A stretch of 64,000 bases of DNA from positions 1,054,001-1,118,000 of the forward strand of contig JBLDXI010000002.1 of the NCBI GenBank assembly GCA_047495785.1. The letters are read 5' to 3'. The translations under genes and the position numbers were made by a program. Shown here in pieces: positions 50,043-61,746 of this stretch. Each line of letters begins with the position of its first letter. The stretch's first letter is position 1. The stretch is from Lepidodermella squamata. Its lineage: Eukaryota; Animalia; Gastrotricha. The notes under the pieces are model-generated. The model worked only from the letters and a program-made list of their open reading frames with translations, was not told the origin of the DNA and made no database searches.

Positions 50043-51249
50043 TCAGTACCAACAGTTGCTATCAGTGTTGACAGTGATACTCCCCAGCTTGGCTTTCAGA
50101 TGATAACCGATTTTCTCGTTATTATGCGAGAAGCAATGCGGCATTTGATCGCTCCAAGCCACTGATTTAGCGAAGAATTTGATGCCAGCCTCGTGGCTGC
50201 AGGACAAGAAGCTGGAAAGGTCTTCCGCCGACCGTTTTACACGCTGCCTCGGGAAACGCGCTACTTCAAGCCCACCCGAGGAACGCCTCACCGCACAGCC
50301 AGGTTGTGAAACATAGAGGCTGTTCAAGAAAATATCAGTATGTCCTAATGCCTCAGTCTGACTAAGACACATTGTAGTATGGTAGACATCGACGAGGTTG
50401 GCATCACTCTTATCTATATTACCCCTGACTCCGTTATTTCGGAACAAAGGCCCGGCTGGTTCTATAGCCGACAGCCTCGCACAAATCACGTTGTGTCTTT
50501 CCCGGATGATCTTACACATTGCCGAGCAGACTTGAGCGCCCAGCGAAAATCCAATGCAATGAATTTGTCCGTTTAAATTCTGCTTTTCCACCCTGGCTCG
50601 TTCAGCATTTTGGACGAGAAAGTCGGCCATCGCAGTTCCGACAACCTTCGTGTTTTTCGCTGGCTTGATGTAGCTGTTCCAGCTGAACTGCGAACCTCTA
50701 CCCCAGTCCAGAAACATCACATTTTTCTAGACAGAAAACTTTGGATAAAGCTCTGGATCTAGGAGCTTTCTCCAACCTTCTGCTGGAGAATGTTGAGAAT
50801 TAGGGGAGTACTCCAAGCTTTTGTATTGCAGAGGTCCCCTTGAAACCCGTGAGTAGAAACCACGAATCCATCAGGAGCCGTGAAAATTGGCCTGAACGCC
50901 GATAACAACGTTTCGTGCTGGTAAGCTCCTGTAAATTCGAATGACGTGTAATTCGCCATTTCCTTAGCACCTGTGGAAAACTTAAGGTGATTCTAGACAT
51001 GATTTTCAAGGCTTTACACAAAACTGCCCCGGCAGTGAAGTTGAGCGATGATTCTTTTTGCCCTGCGGCATTGAAGATGTACCAAGTAGGGTTGATTTCT
51101 AGGATGTTATCTAAGCTAATGGGAATCAGATGCAAAATACCATCGGATATTTCACACAGCTCAGACGCCTGCCGTTTTGCTCGATGTAACGGCCTGCATG
51201 AAGCATGAAGAGCTGCGATAACCAAGAAAATTAAAGCCAATAAATGCAT
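50043..51249 (-). CDS. Lipase 4
   Basis: MHLLALIFLV..RAKR; HGF, GFSLGAQ, IEPAGP, CSH. Confidence 0.85.
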
Positions 51250-51365
51250 AGTTGAATTTGATGAGCTAGATTCGAGTTCTGAGAGAAAGAGATTAAATTT
51301 CAGTCGAACATCTGCTCGAAACATTATTGCATCAATTTTATTCATAGCGAATAAGCTCGAAGTGG

Positions 51366-52659
51366 TTAAAACCAACATTCCGAGCCTATTTTCAGGTCGA
51401 ATCTTCCTCTTTTGTACTGGTCACTGTGATAACCGAAGTATACCGTAGTATACGGGAGTTTGCTTGAAAAGCACTCCGGTAATATTTGCGTTGACATTAA
51501 AGACTTGGTGTAGTACCGCATCGCTGCTTCATGGCTGCACCCGAGGAAACTAATCACAGCCTCGTTTGCATTCTTTCTTTTCTCCAACTCGTGTTCGTCC
51601 ATAGGAGGAGGATTAGGTGGCATTATCTCGTCCATTTCCAAGCCCCGCTTTGTCATAGGGATGCAACCGGGTTGATGCTTGAAGACGTTGTTTATGAAAA
51701 CATCGAGATGACCAATCGGTTCCTCTTGGCCCAAGCAACTAGTCGAGTGGTAAACATCGACAAAGGTAGCATCACTTTTGTCCACGTTTCCCTCAGCGCC
51801 TTTGTTTCGGAACAATGGACCTCCAGGTTCAACGGCAGACAGCCTTGCGCAAGTTACTCCATGCTTCGATTTCATCTGTTTGCAAAGAGCCGAGCAAACC
51901 TGAGCCCCCAATGAGAAGCCAATGCAGTGAATTCTGTTATCAAGTAAGCGATTCTTTGCTTTGAAGCGCTTTGCAAACTTGACCAAAGCATCAGCAGTTT
52001 CAGTTCCGACAACCTTCGTATTTTTCGACGGCTTTATGTAAACGTTCCAACTGGCGAAAGATCCGCCACCCCAATCAAGAAACATCACGTTTTTCTATAC
52101 CGCATTGGGAGAAAATCGATTAGTTAGTTTCTAATGAAATCAAAATGTCTTGCCTGCATCATGAGGAAACTGCCGATAAGAGGCGTGCTCCATTTAGTTG
52201 TGCTGCACAGAGCAGTTTGGAATCCGTGAACAACAATGTGCAAAGGTCCACCGGAAATTTGCGAAGTGCGTGCGAAGTAACGCTGAAATACCCCGTTTAA
52301 TTTTCCTAAAGGTTTGCCATTAAATGGCTGGATAGCTTGGTTTCTGAAGACGACCTTTGCACCTGTGAGATAATTTGCTTGAACGTGTTTTCGATTCAGC
52401 AAATAGTAAACTTGCATTTTTGATCCTTCCTTAGGTCGACTAATATCGGCTTTCTTATTTGATCTCTGTGCAAGAAGAAGTAAAAGGTTGGGTTTATCTC
52501 AGCTATAGTAGCAGCTCCGCCGGGGACTAATCGCAGCAAGCCTTCGCCAATTCCGCACATGAAATCGTCCCCTCGCTTAACGGAAGATGAAGCTGCTTCA
52601 ACAGTCCTTGCAGCATCTCCAACAGCTAAAGAAGAAAGTAGCGCGTAAATTAGCAGCAT
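51366..52659 (-). CDS. Lipase 5
   Basis: MLLIYALLS..VKR; HGF, GFSLGAQ, VEPGGP, CSH. Confidence 0.85.
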
Positions 52660-52869
52660 TTATAATTGCTAAGTTCGGAACTGAGAAATACGGATTCCAA
52701 GCTAACATCTGTATCTAGTATTCATAGGATCAGACCATGGCTCAATTCCCGTCTTTAACGACCACCTTAATTCAGGGTTAATGTGAGTCTCGAAAAGCTG
52801 TTACTTATGCTGTAAGTTGATTTGCTCCTCTGAATTATAACTCGGGGTGGATAATAGGCTGTGAACAAT

Positions 52870-53150
52870 AACTGACCAATCATGAGAAACCAGATTCGGC
52901 AAGCCCTTAGCAATCTTTATTAAAACCAGAAATACTGGCCATTTTAAGCTCAACTTTTCCCAGTGCCTTCTTTGCCATGAAGTTCAGCATATTTTGAACG
53001 AGAAAGTCGGTCATTGCAGTTCCGACAACCTTTTCGCTGGCTTGACGTATCTATTCCAGCTGAATTTTGAATCTAGGATGTCTCCAACCTCCTGATGGAG
53101 GAAGTTGAGAATTAGGGGAGTACTTCAAACTTTCGAATTACAGAGGTTCA
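52870..53150 (-). pseudogene. Heavily deleted lipase relic
   Basis: Pieces match the lipase 6 3' end/UTR (53199-53290) and the lipase 4 body (50600-50840). Confidence 0.75.
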
Positions 53151-53235
53151 AGGCGGAGAGTATATTCGGAGTATATAATAGACTATGATAAATGAGACCT
53201 GACCAGTCATGAGAAACCAGATTCAGCAATTTTTA

Positions 53236-54416
53236 TTAAAACCAGCAATTCTGGCCAATTGAAAGCTCAACTTTTCCCAACGCCTTCTTGTTGTGAAAGC
53301 CTACATATCGCCTTCGTCTCTGAAGCCTCCTGCTGTGTTCAGAGTAGCACTTAGGCTGCAAACGAGTAAACAACAGCGATTTCGTGTAATATCGAATAGC
53401 AGCTTCATGGCTGCATGCTAGGAAGCTCCCAAAAGGTTCAATACTCAGCCGTTTCTCGACGCCATCCTCCACCCGCTTCGTAAGAGGTGCACAACCAGGT
53501 TGCCGCTTGTAAATATCGTTGATGAAAACATCAGTATGCCCGATAGATTCAACCTGGCCGTGACAACTAGTCGTATGGTAAACATCCACATATTTCGCAT
53601 CGCTTCTGTCCACATTGCCAGAGGGCCCTTGCTTTCGAAACAGCGGCCCGGCAGGGTCGACTGCCGACAATCGACCACAAGTTATTCCATACTTTGATTT
53701 CAGCCGTTTGCAGAGGGCAGAGCAAACTTGAGCTCCCAGTGAGAATCCAATACAGTGGATTCTGCTTTCGAGATATCGTCGTGTCGCGAGTCGAACCAAA
53801 ATATCAGCTGTTTCAGTTCCGAGGACTTTTGTATTCCTCGCCGGCTTGGCGTAAACGTTCAAGCTAGCGAAGGATCCGCCGCCCCAATCGAGAAACATCA
53901 CATTTTTCTGGAACAGAGAAGTAGCTTCTATAACTGTGAAGGCAATTGTATTACCTTCAAAAGTAGGAAACTTCCGATTAAAGGCGTACTCCATTTCGTG
54001 GTGCTACACATTGCAGTTTGGAAGCCGTGAACAACAATGTAAAGCGGACCGGGTGAACTGAAGAAAGGGTTTTTACCGTCGGCCTTAAAACGACCGTTCC
54101 ACGGCTGAAGGGGCCGGTTTTTGAAAACTTCCTTAGCACCTGAAAAATCGAGCTCAAACTGTCTTCCGACGCGGATGATTTTGGATAACTTGCATTTTTG
54201 GTTGCTTCTGAAGTCAATGTTGAATGGTTTCTGCTCTCTATGCAGGAAGAAGTAGAAGGTCGGATTGATTTCTGTGATGCTATTTGCCCCACCAGGCATC
54301 GATTTCCATACCCAATCTCCGAGTTTACACATAATTTCATCACTTCTTTTGGATAGAGATACGTTCTGGCCATGAATTGCAACAAAAATACAAGCTCCCA
54401 ACAATGGGAATAGCAT
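53236..54416 (-). CDS. Lipase 6
   Basis: MLFPLLGAC..SKR; HGF, GFSLGAQ, VDPAGP, CSH. Confidence 0.85.
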
Positions 54417-54499
54417 TTTCTTGAAATAGGATGATCAAAAAGTAGGCCGTAAGCGCCATTACAACATATGCTATGGATCAAGGATTAAATAATAGACTT

Positions 54500-55708
54500 T
54501 TATTGAAACCAACAGTTATTTCTCGTTTTCACGTAAACCGAGCCAACTTTATCTTTAAGGTGATAGCCAATTGTTACATTTCGAGTAGATTTGAAGCATT
54601 CCGGCAGTTCGTCTCTCCATGCAATAGACTTCGCGTAAAATTTCGCCGCAGCTTCGTGGCTACAACCAAGAAAGTTCGTTATCGCCTCGGTCGAGCGCTT
54701 CGATCTTGTTCTGCGACCTTTACCCGATCCGGTCATAGGTGAACAACCAGGTTGAGCCGACTTCAAATCATTGATGTAAACATCCGTATGGCCAAGAGCT
54801 GCTGATTGGCTCGTGCAATACGTTGTATGGTAGACATCGACCAAGTTCGCGTCGCTTTTGTCAACATTCCCTCTCGGTCCTTTGTCGCGAAATAACGGCC
54901 CGGCTGGTTCGATGGCGGATAGCCTCGAGCAAACAACACCGTACCGTTCTTTGATGATTTTACACATCACTGAACAGATGTGAGCGCCTAGGGAGAAGCC
55001 GATGCAGTGAATTCGATTGTTGAGATTCGATTTTTCAACCCCAACTCTTGCAGCCATTTGAACGATAGATTCGGCCATAGCAGTTCCGACTACTCTAGTA
55101 TTTCTGGCTGGTTTGACGTAACCATTCCAGTTAAAATGAGACCCGCCACTCCAGTCCAAAAACATAACGTTTGTCTGGAAAAAAAATCGCAGTATAAAAT
55201 GATTCGAAATTAAGGAGGATTTTTTCAAACCTTTTCCTTTAGCAAACTAAGGATAAGGAGAGGACTCCAAACTCGAGTGGTGCAAAGGGCTGTTTGAAAT
55301 CCATGAGTTATGAGGGCAATCTTACTGTTTCCAGCGAAAATTGGCTTGAGAGTTGCGGCGAGTTTATCTTTTTCGTAATCTCCAGAAAATTGGAAAGACG
55401 CGTATTTCACCAATTCTGTTGCACCTGAATTATAAAAATTAGTTGAACATTTTTATAGATTTTTAAGATTTTGTACAAGGAGGTTTTGGCGGTATTTTGA
55501 GTGAAATTGGGCCTTGATCTTGAGCGTTGAATATGTACCAAATTGGATTGATGGACAAAATGCTGTCGACCCCGCCGGGTAGCAAATTTATCAGCGTTTC
55601 GCCAAAATCGCAAGCGTCAAAGCCTCGCTTTCCCCGTCGCAATAATTCAGCATGAAGGAAATTGGAAAAAAATAACAAGATAAAGATAACCAAGGTTTTA
55701 GCAACCAT
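54500..55708 (-). CDS. Lipase 7
   Basis: MVAKTLVIFILLFF..RGKR; HGF, GFSLGAH, IEPAGP, CSH. Confidence 0.85.
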
Positions 55709-56040
55709 TTTTACGAGCGCAATAAATTATGATAAAAATTCCGAAAATTATTCCAGCCAAACATCACCAGAAGAATAAATTAAGCTACAAAACTTTAGAT
55801 TACGAGATAGACATCTGTCATCGTTTAATAGACTTAAACCAAAAAGGTGACCTGGGTTCAGTCTATAAATGCTTATTTTCGCTAATCCTTTTTGCCCACT
55901 CGATAAGCCGGACGGTTAAACTATTAAAAATATTTAGCTTCGAACCTTAAAAATGACATAAAAAAGATTAAATTCGAGCTTTATAAAACGACGTCTTATC
56001 AAAAAGTCACACCATTTTTCTTTCAAAAATTGAGATTTTA

Positions 56041-57789
56041 TTAAAAATTCGTAATTAAAATTGATACAACAGCGAGAAGAATTGGGATGAAAATATTTTT
56101 TTGATCAAAAATTGGCGCAGATCCGCTTTCCATGCGAAACGATTTAACGTCGTAGTCTTCGAACTGGCAGTGATCAGAAACGCTGTGTTGAAGCCGACGA
56201 GCCGGGAATAGCCGCGACGGCTGATGAACAGCTGCAGCTGTTTCGCCAAAAGACGATCGGCTGATAATTAGGTGATCGATTTCCGGCGCGGATAGCACCA
56301 CCCAATCGACAAATGTTCGCAATGCTGCGACTTTCTGATCCAGGCCAGCATGCGCAGTTTTTGCAAAATCTGTTCGGTCTATATGAGTTATTTCAGCCAC
56401 ACCATCAGCCGTAACAATTTCAATTTTGATTGATTGGCTCTCGGAAATTTTCGCTAGTGATTTACGAAGATCGAGTAAAGCTTCGTTTGAATCGGCTGTG
56501 ATGAAAACTAGAATTTTCTTGTAATTTTTCGACTTGGCAATCCTAGCCAACTCTTCGCTAAAACATGAAATTTGCGAATAGCCGACTCGATTGAACTCGC
56601 CCCATTTTGAGGAGCCAAGTCGAACCTGCAGGCCGAAACGAGCGTCGTAATCTTTTTGCTGCAATAGCCCTAGAAATGGATCCACTGCACTTTTCAAGAA
56701 TTCGGTTGGGTTTGAAAGCATGATTTTGAAAGCAGTTGCCAGTAATTGCGTTCGAGACAGCTTTTCCAGGCCGTAGTATTGAACCATTGGCTGGTAGAGG
56801 GGATTTTCGAGGAAAATGTCGATGGCCACTAATGAGTTGAGCTCGAAGGAAATTAGGTCATTCCAGGCCAATGTCTCCCTCATTACAGACGTTGTGTTAA
56901 ACATGCTAATGATGCCTGCAAAAGGTCAAAAAAGTAGGTCAACACGCACTTGTCGAGACCAGCGAAATAAAACTATTGATTAGCTATTTAAATAAATTGA
57001 AATATTTAAAAAAATATTTAAATCCTTTTGAATTTGTTGAATTCTAATTTATTTATTAATTTATTTACTTATTTATTAATAATTAATTATGATTAGCTTA
57101 CGGCTTTCTGAATCAATGAATCGGTAGGTTGACTCGGCAAAATTAGGCCTGGTGAATTTTTTGATAATTTCTTCTCTCGAGTAGAACGGCGGCTCGAAAA
57201 ATTCATCCAACCGCGTAGGATAGGCCCAGTTAAACGAGACGACACTATTCGTCAATAAAGCCATGTAAAACACAGCGGCTAGCCCTCGAAATCGGTCGCC
57301 TAAACCGCCGCATCGAAAACCTCGCTTCTCCGCGCATTTATATTCGAGAATCAAAGGTTGGCACGATGGCGATTTTTCGGCGGCCATTGTTGATTCCAGC
57401 AATTTTTCGTATTTACCCCTGATTGATTCGGCGATTAAATCGATATTGGTCGTTTCAGGTAGTGGCGAGAAGTTTTTCGGAGGTAGAGGTGAGCCGTCGA
57501 GGCAAAATTGTTCTGCTTCCAGTCGCTTTTCCTGCTCTTCTCGGGCTAATTCGTCGGTGAATGATCGAGGCATGGCTCGATAATCGCCGATTAGCTTGAA
57601 GCCGGAGGTAGGAGATAAAAGATCTTTCCGAGAAAATAGGGTCGAGTAAAGAAAAATTGTGATAGCGATCTAAATAAACTCATCATTAATTGGCTGCTGA
57701 ACTTTTAAGAAGAGCCGTAAACTTACACAAACTGCCAAGTAGCAATAAAATTTTCGGTTACGCAGATCAAATAATTTGACAATCAGCAT
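56041..57789 (-). CDS. Fucosyltransferase-like glycosyltransferase B
   Basis: N-terminal TM (YCYLAVC/IAITIFLY), CGGLGDRFRG, FGLQVR, VFITAD, SRSSFGETAA; hydrophobic C-terminus; paralog of 43316-45041. Confidence 0.72.
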
Positions 57790-58451
57790 TTTGAGATGAA
57801 AATTGAAAGAAAATAAATAGTTACCTATTAGGAGAAAAATTGCTCTTCCAATAATTTAAAAATAAATAATACTTAATTAATTGTTAATATTCGGATAATT
57901 AATTAAAAAATTTGGGGGAAAATGTTCATAGAAATCGCTTTATTTAGGAAAATTCGATAAGGAAAGACGTGAAAGCTCCGAAACAGGGTAAACATGCAGG
58001 GCTTTCCACAAATTTAGTTCTCAATTTGATGAGAAAATTCAAACAAAGATGGAGCACGTGCTGCTTATGCGCCATATCGCTTCAAAACAATTTGTTTCAA
58101 ATCTGCACTGGGTCCTAAAAATACCAACTTTTGTCCGTCGGCTCGATTGCTCGATTTTTTTCAATTTTTATTGATAATTCCGGTTTTATTGGTCGTAACA
58201 AGTTCGCAATTTTGGGCTCAAGCCAAGGGACATTAATAATGAAATGAATAATTGAGATCGCCCTCATCGTGGGTTTCCTATCAATAGCTACTGCTGCTAT
58301 CAATGGCCTGAGTCACCATTATCTCCCAATTTTTTCGACGATAAGAAAAGAAACTGCAAATGGTTGATTATAAAACAGCTGAAACATTGCTGCCTATGGA
58401 GAACAGATAGAATCTTATACTGGACAATAAAACAATAGCCGGAAACAAAAA

Positions 58452-59772
58452 ATGTCCTCAAATTTTCAGAGAATTATCGGTGAAATTTCCACCAATATTC
58501 AAACATTCTCGTTCAACAGTAAGTCGACTCAATAGCTTGATTCAGTTTTTATATTAAATTTTATAGCTCAGAAAATAAATTCACATGCCACGAAAATTGG
58601 TACACCTCAGGAGACAGACCAGATTTTGGCCGAGGTCAGTCGCCTGACGCAAGTCACTGAGGAATTGGCACTTCGAATCGGTGATCAGTTCAAATCGCTG
58701 AACCAAGCCACAACGGCTTTGCCACCCTCCGAACAACGGGAACGGCGCATTCAGGCCAATCGTCTGCGAGATCAATTCATGGCTGTTTTGTCGCAATTTC
58801 AAAAGCAGCAGCGTGAAGTTGTCGAGAGGCAGAAGCACTCTATTCAAAAAGCTAGGCTCAGCTCGACCTCAAGCGCCATAGCCCCGCCTCCCTCGTACAA
58901 ATCGGGCGGTGCTGGGTATAACGATGACGAGGGTCGGATTGATTTTTATCAAAGTGAGGATAATAACAATCAAGCCAGCAAGTATGAAACGGCGATTGGT
59001 TATGCGGCAATTCAGGACCGTGAAAGGGAGTTGAAGCGACTCGAGGGCGATATTGTCAACGTTAATCAAGTCTTCAAAGATATGGCCGCACTGGTTTATG
59101 AGCAAAATACTAAAATAGGTTGGAACTAAATTTCAAAAATTTAAATTAAAAATTAATTTAAAAATTATTTTAATTTTATTTCAGATTTTTTTGGTTGTAC
59201 GACATTTGCGCAAAAGAAACTGAGCAAACCGACAACTGAGCACGACAATTGATCAAACGACAACTGAGCAAATTTTAAATTAAATAATTATATATTTATT
59301 TTCAAAATTAAAAACGACATTTGACATTTGATCAAATCAAGTGTTATTAAATAATTTTTTTTGAATTTTTTCTCAGTTTTCGTTTGATCAAATGTCGTTT
59401 TTAATTTTGAAAATAAATATCTAATTATTTAATTTAAAATTCGCTCAGTTGTCGTTTGATCAATTGTCGTTTGCGCAAATGTCGGCATACGATTTTTTTT
59501 ATTTTTTTTCAAATTCAATTCATTTTTTATTTTCAAATATTTTTCAAATATTTAATCTGAATTAAATTGTGAATTTTGAACCTATAGATATTATCGAGGA
59601 TCAAATCGTGAAAGCTGATAATTACGTTGAAGACGGGCGAGCGCAGTTGCTTCACGCCGAGAAGCTGAAAAATTCATCGCGCAAGAAAAAACTATGCTGC
59701 TGTATCATCTTACTAGTAATTTTGATCATAATCGGCCTCATCTTAGGCCTCTACTTTGGTCTCAAGTCTTGA
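58452..59772 (+). CDS. STX7/STX12: Endosomal syntaxin (STX7/STX12-like)
   Basis: Habc region IGTPQET; SNARE motif IQDRERELKRLEGDIVNVNQVFKDMAALVYEQ..IDIIE; CCC followed by C-terminal TM. Confidence 0.88.
59193..59490. mobile_element. Foldback MITE in syntaxin intron (9-bp TSD, MULE-like)
   Basis: Near-palindromic arms with CGACATTTG/CGACAACTGAGC motifs; GATTTTTTT on both sides. Confidence 0.8.
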
Positions 59773-59991
59773 ACGAGCGTTGCTATCGTAATTATTCATG
59801 CTCGAACTATTGAAAATGAGTGGAATAAATTACTCTGAAAACACCTTCCGGTCATGTTTTTGTTCACAGGGCAAAAGTTTAATGGCGAAATATCCGAGTT
59901 CGACCATGCTTCAAATTACAGGTGCATTTTCAGTTCATTTGTAGAACCTTTTGATTTTTGAGAATTTTGAGAGAATTTCATTGTTTGCAAA

Positions 59992-61355
59992 ATGAAGCAA
60001 ATAATTATTCTCCTAACCCTATTTTCATTCTCAAATGAATGCAGCCCAGCTAGAAGGGCTGATCCTGATATAGAATCAGCTCGTAAAGCTCTCAAATTCA
60101 TCTACGTATCAAACCGAATTAGAGTGGATTCAAGGCGGAAGTTATCAGACTCTGCCGTTGCATTTCTCGATTCCTGCGGCCAGCCACCTGTAACAATCGG
60201 CGGATCTGTTTGCGAGCTACAGCAAAAAATCTTCCAAAATGGGACAAAAATCGTGACGGCCCTGTATTGCTGCGAAGCGGCTGATGGCGGTCGGGAGGAT
60301 TTTGAATCTAGAACTTGTATCGATTCAAAATGGCCGGAACCTCCTGTATGTCCTAGAAAGGACAATTCAACCAGCCCATGCCCGGCTGAAGTTCGGGAGG
60401 ACATCGGCCCATTTAGCAAAACTTTCGGCTTGGATTACTGCGGAAAATCTCGCGATGAAAGTCGCATGATGTGCGGGGAAAATTCGCAAAAATTAGTCAG
60501 AATTCTGCCTGTCCCTATCGATGCGGTTTTACAGCTTCACAATTGCTGGCGGAAAAACGTGAAGCCAGCAGCGAGAATTGAATTAATTGACCTAGTTTGG
60601 GACAACGAACTAGCCGCACTTGCCGAGCGAAGAGCCGTCCAATGTTTGGATTTTAAGGAGGATGATATTGCTGAAAATCACACGCCGAGGCAATTACGGG
60701 TCATTCCAGGCCGCAATTGGCGTTCGATCGGGGAAAATTTGTGTTGGAGCGGCTATGACACAACTCTGACCCCACGAACCTGGTCTGATTGCATCAACGC
60801 ATGGGCTTGGGAGTGGAATTATTGGGAATATGGGATCGGTGCTAAACCTGCGGGTTCGATGATTGGTCACTACACTCAAATGGTGTGGCAAAATACAACA
60901 AATATTGGGTAAATTATGTAATTAAAATGATTGATTATTATCCTGCATCTCATAAAAAAATGAGATTATTATTATAGGTAGCCAAAACTCATTATAAGTA
61001 CTGCTGCACACACACACTCCATTATTGCCCTGAAAAAACAATGAAGTCATGTTTATCTTACCTATTGTCAAGACCCGCGATAGCTCAGCTGGTAGAGCGG
61101 AGGACTGTAGATGAAAAGCAGCAATCCTTAGGTCGGTGGTTCAAGTCCGCCTCGCGGGAATATCTTTTTATCCTTTTTTTATTTTTTTAATTGTCCTCAA
61201 ATTTTTAATTACTATTTTTTCTCAGATGCGCAATGTCCCAATGCCGAGATTCGAACATGGATTTCACAATGGTTTGCCTTTATGGACCTGGAGGTAACAT
61301 CGGCTTGTCGGAAAAAGAAGCTTTCAGTAGACCTTACGAAGCTGTTGATCCTTGA
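59992..61355 (+). CDS. Secreted CAP/SCP (CRISP/antigen 5-like) protein with Cys-rich N-terminal extension
   Basis: Signal peptide; LQLHNCWR, LVWDNELA, IGENL, GHYTQMVW; intron 60909-61225 then GCAMSQC...VCLYGPGGN. Confidence 0.88.
61074..61159 (+). tRNA. tRNA-Tyr: tRNA-Tyr(GUA) with 13-nt intron
   Basis: Acceptor stem CCCGCGA/TCGCGGG, A box TAGCTCAGCTGG, anticodon GTA at 61107-61109, intron 61111-61123, B box GGTTCAAGTCC, T-run terminator downstream. Confidence 0.95.
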
Positions 61356-61746
61356 AGACGTTTAATTTATCTTTTATTTTTCTATAATATTTTTGGAGCT
61401 GGAAAGTAAAAATCTTGGCATGCTGTCGTTACTCGAGTTCGTTAAGGTCATCACAGCAATTTTTTCTTTTTACTTTCGAGGCGTGAGGCAGCTAGGTCCA
61501 GCGCGGTTCAAGCACCTGTCGACACGTTAGCTGTCGACAGAAGCTGATGAAAAAATCGACATATGGTGTTAGTAAATTGCTGCGGCAATAACGTTGAATT
61601 TTATTAGAACCTGCGTAAATTGGTCGAAGCAAAAATATGCGGCTGGAAGCCTTCATTCTCTTCATCACAACGATAACTTCGATATTTGCTGATGTAAAAT
61701 TTTTTATTTTTCCAAATAAAATGTGATAATAATTGACCTATTTCAG

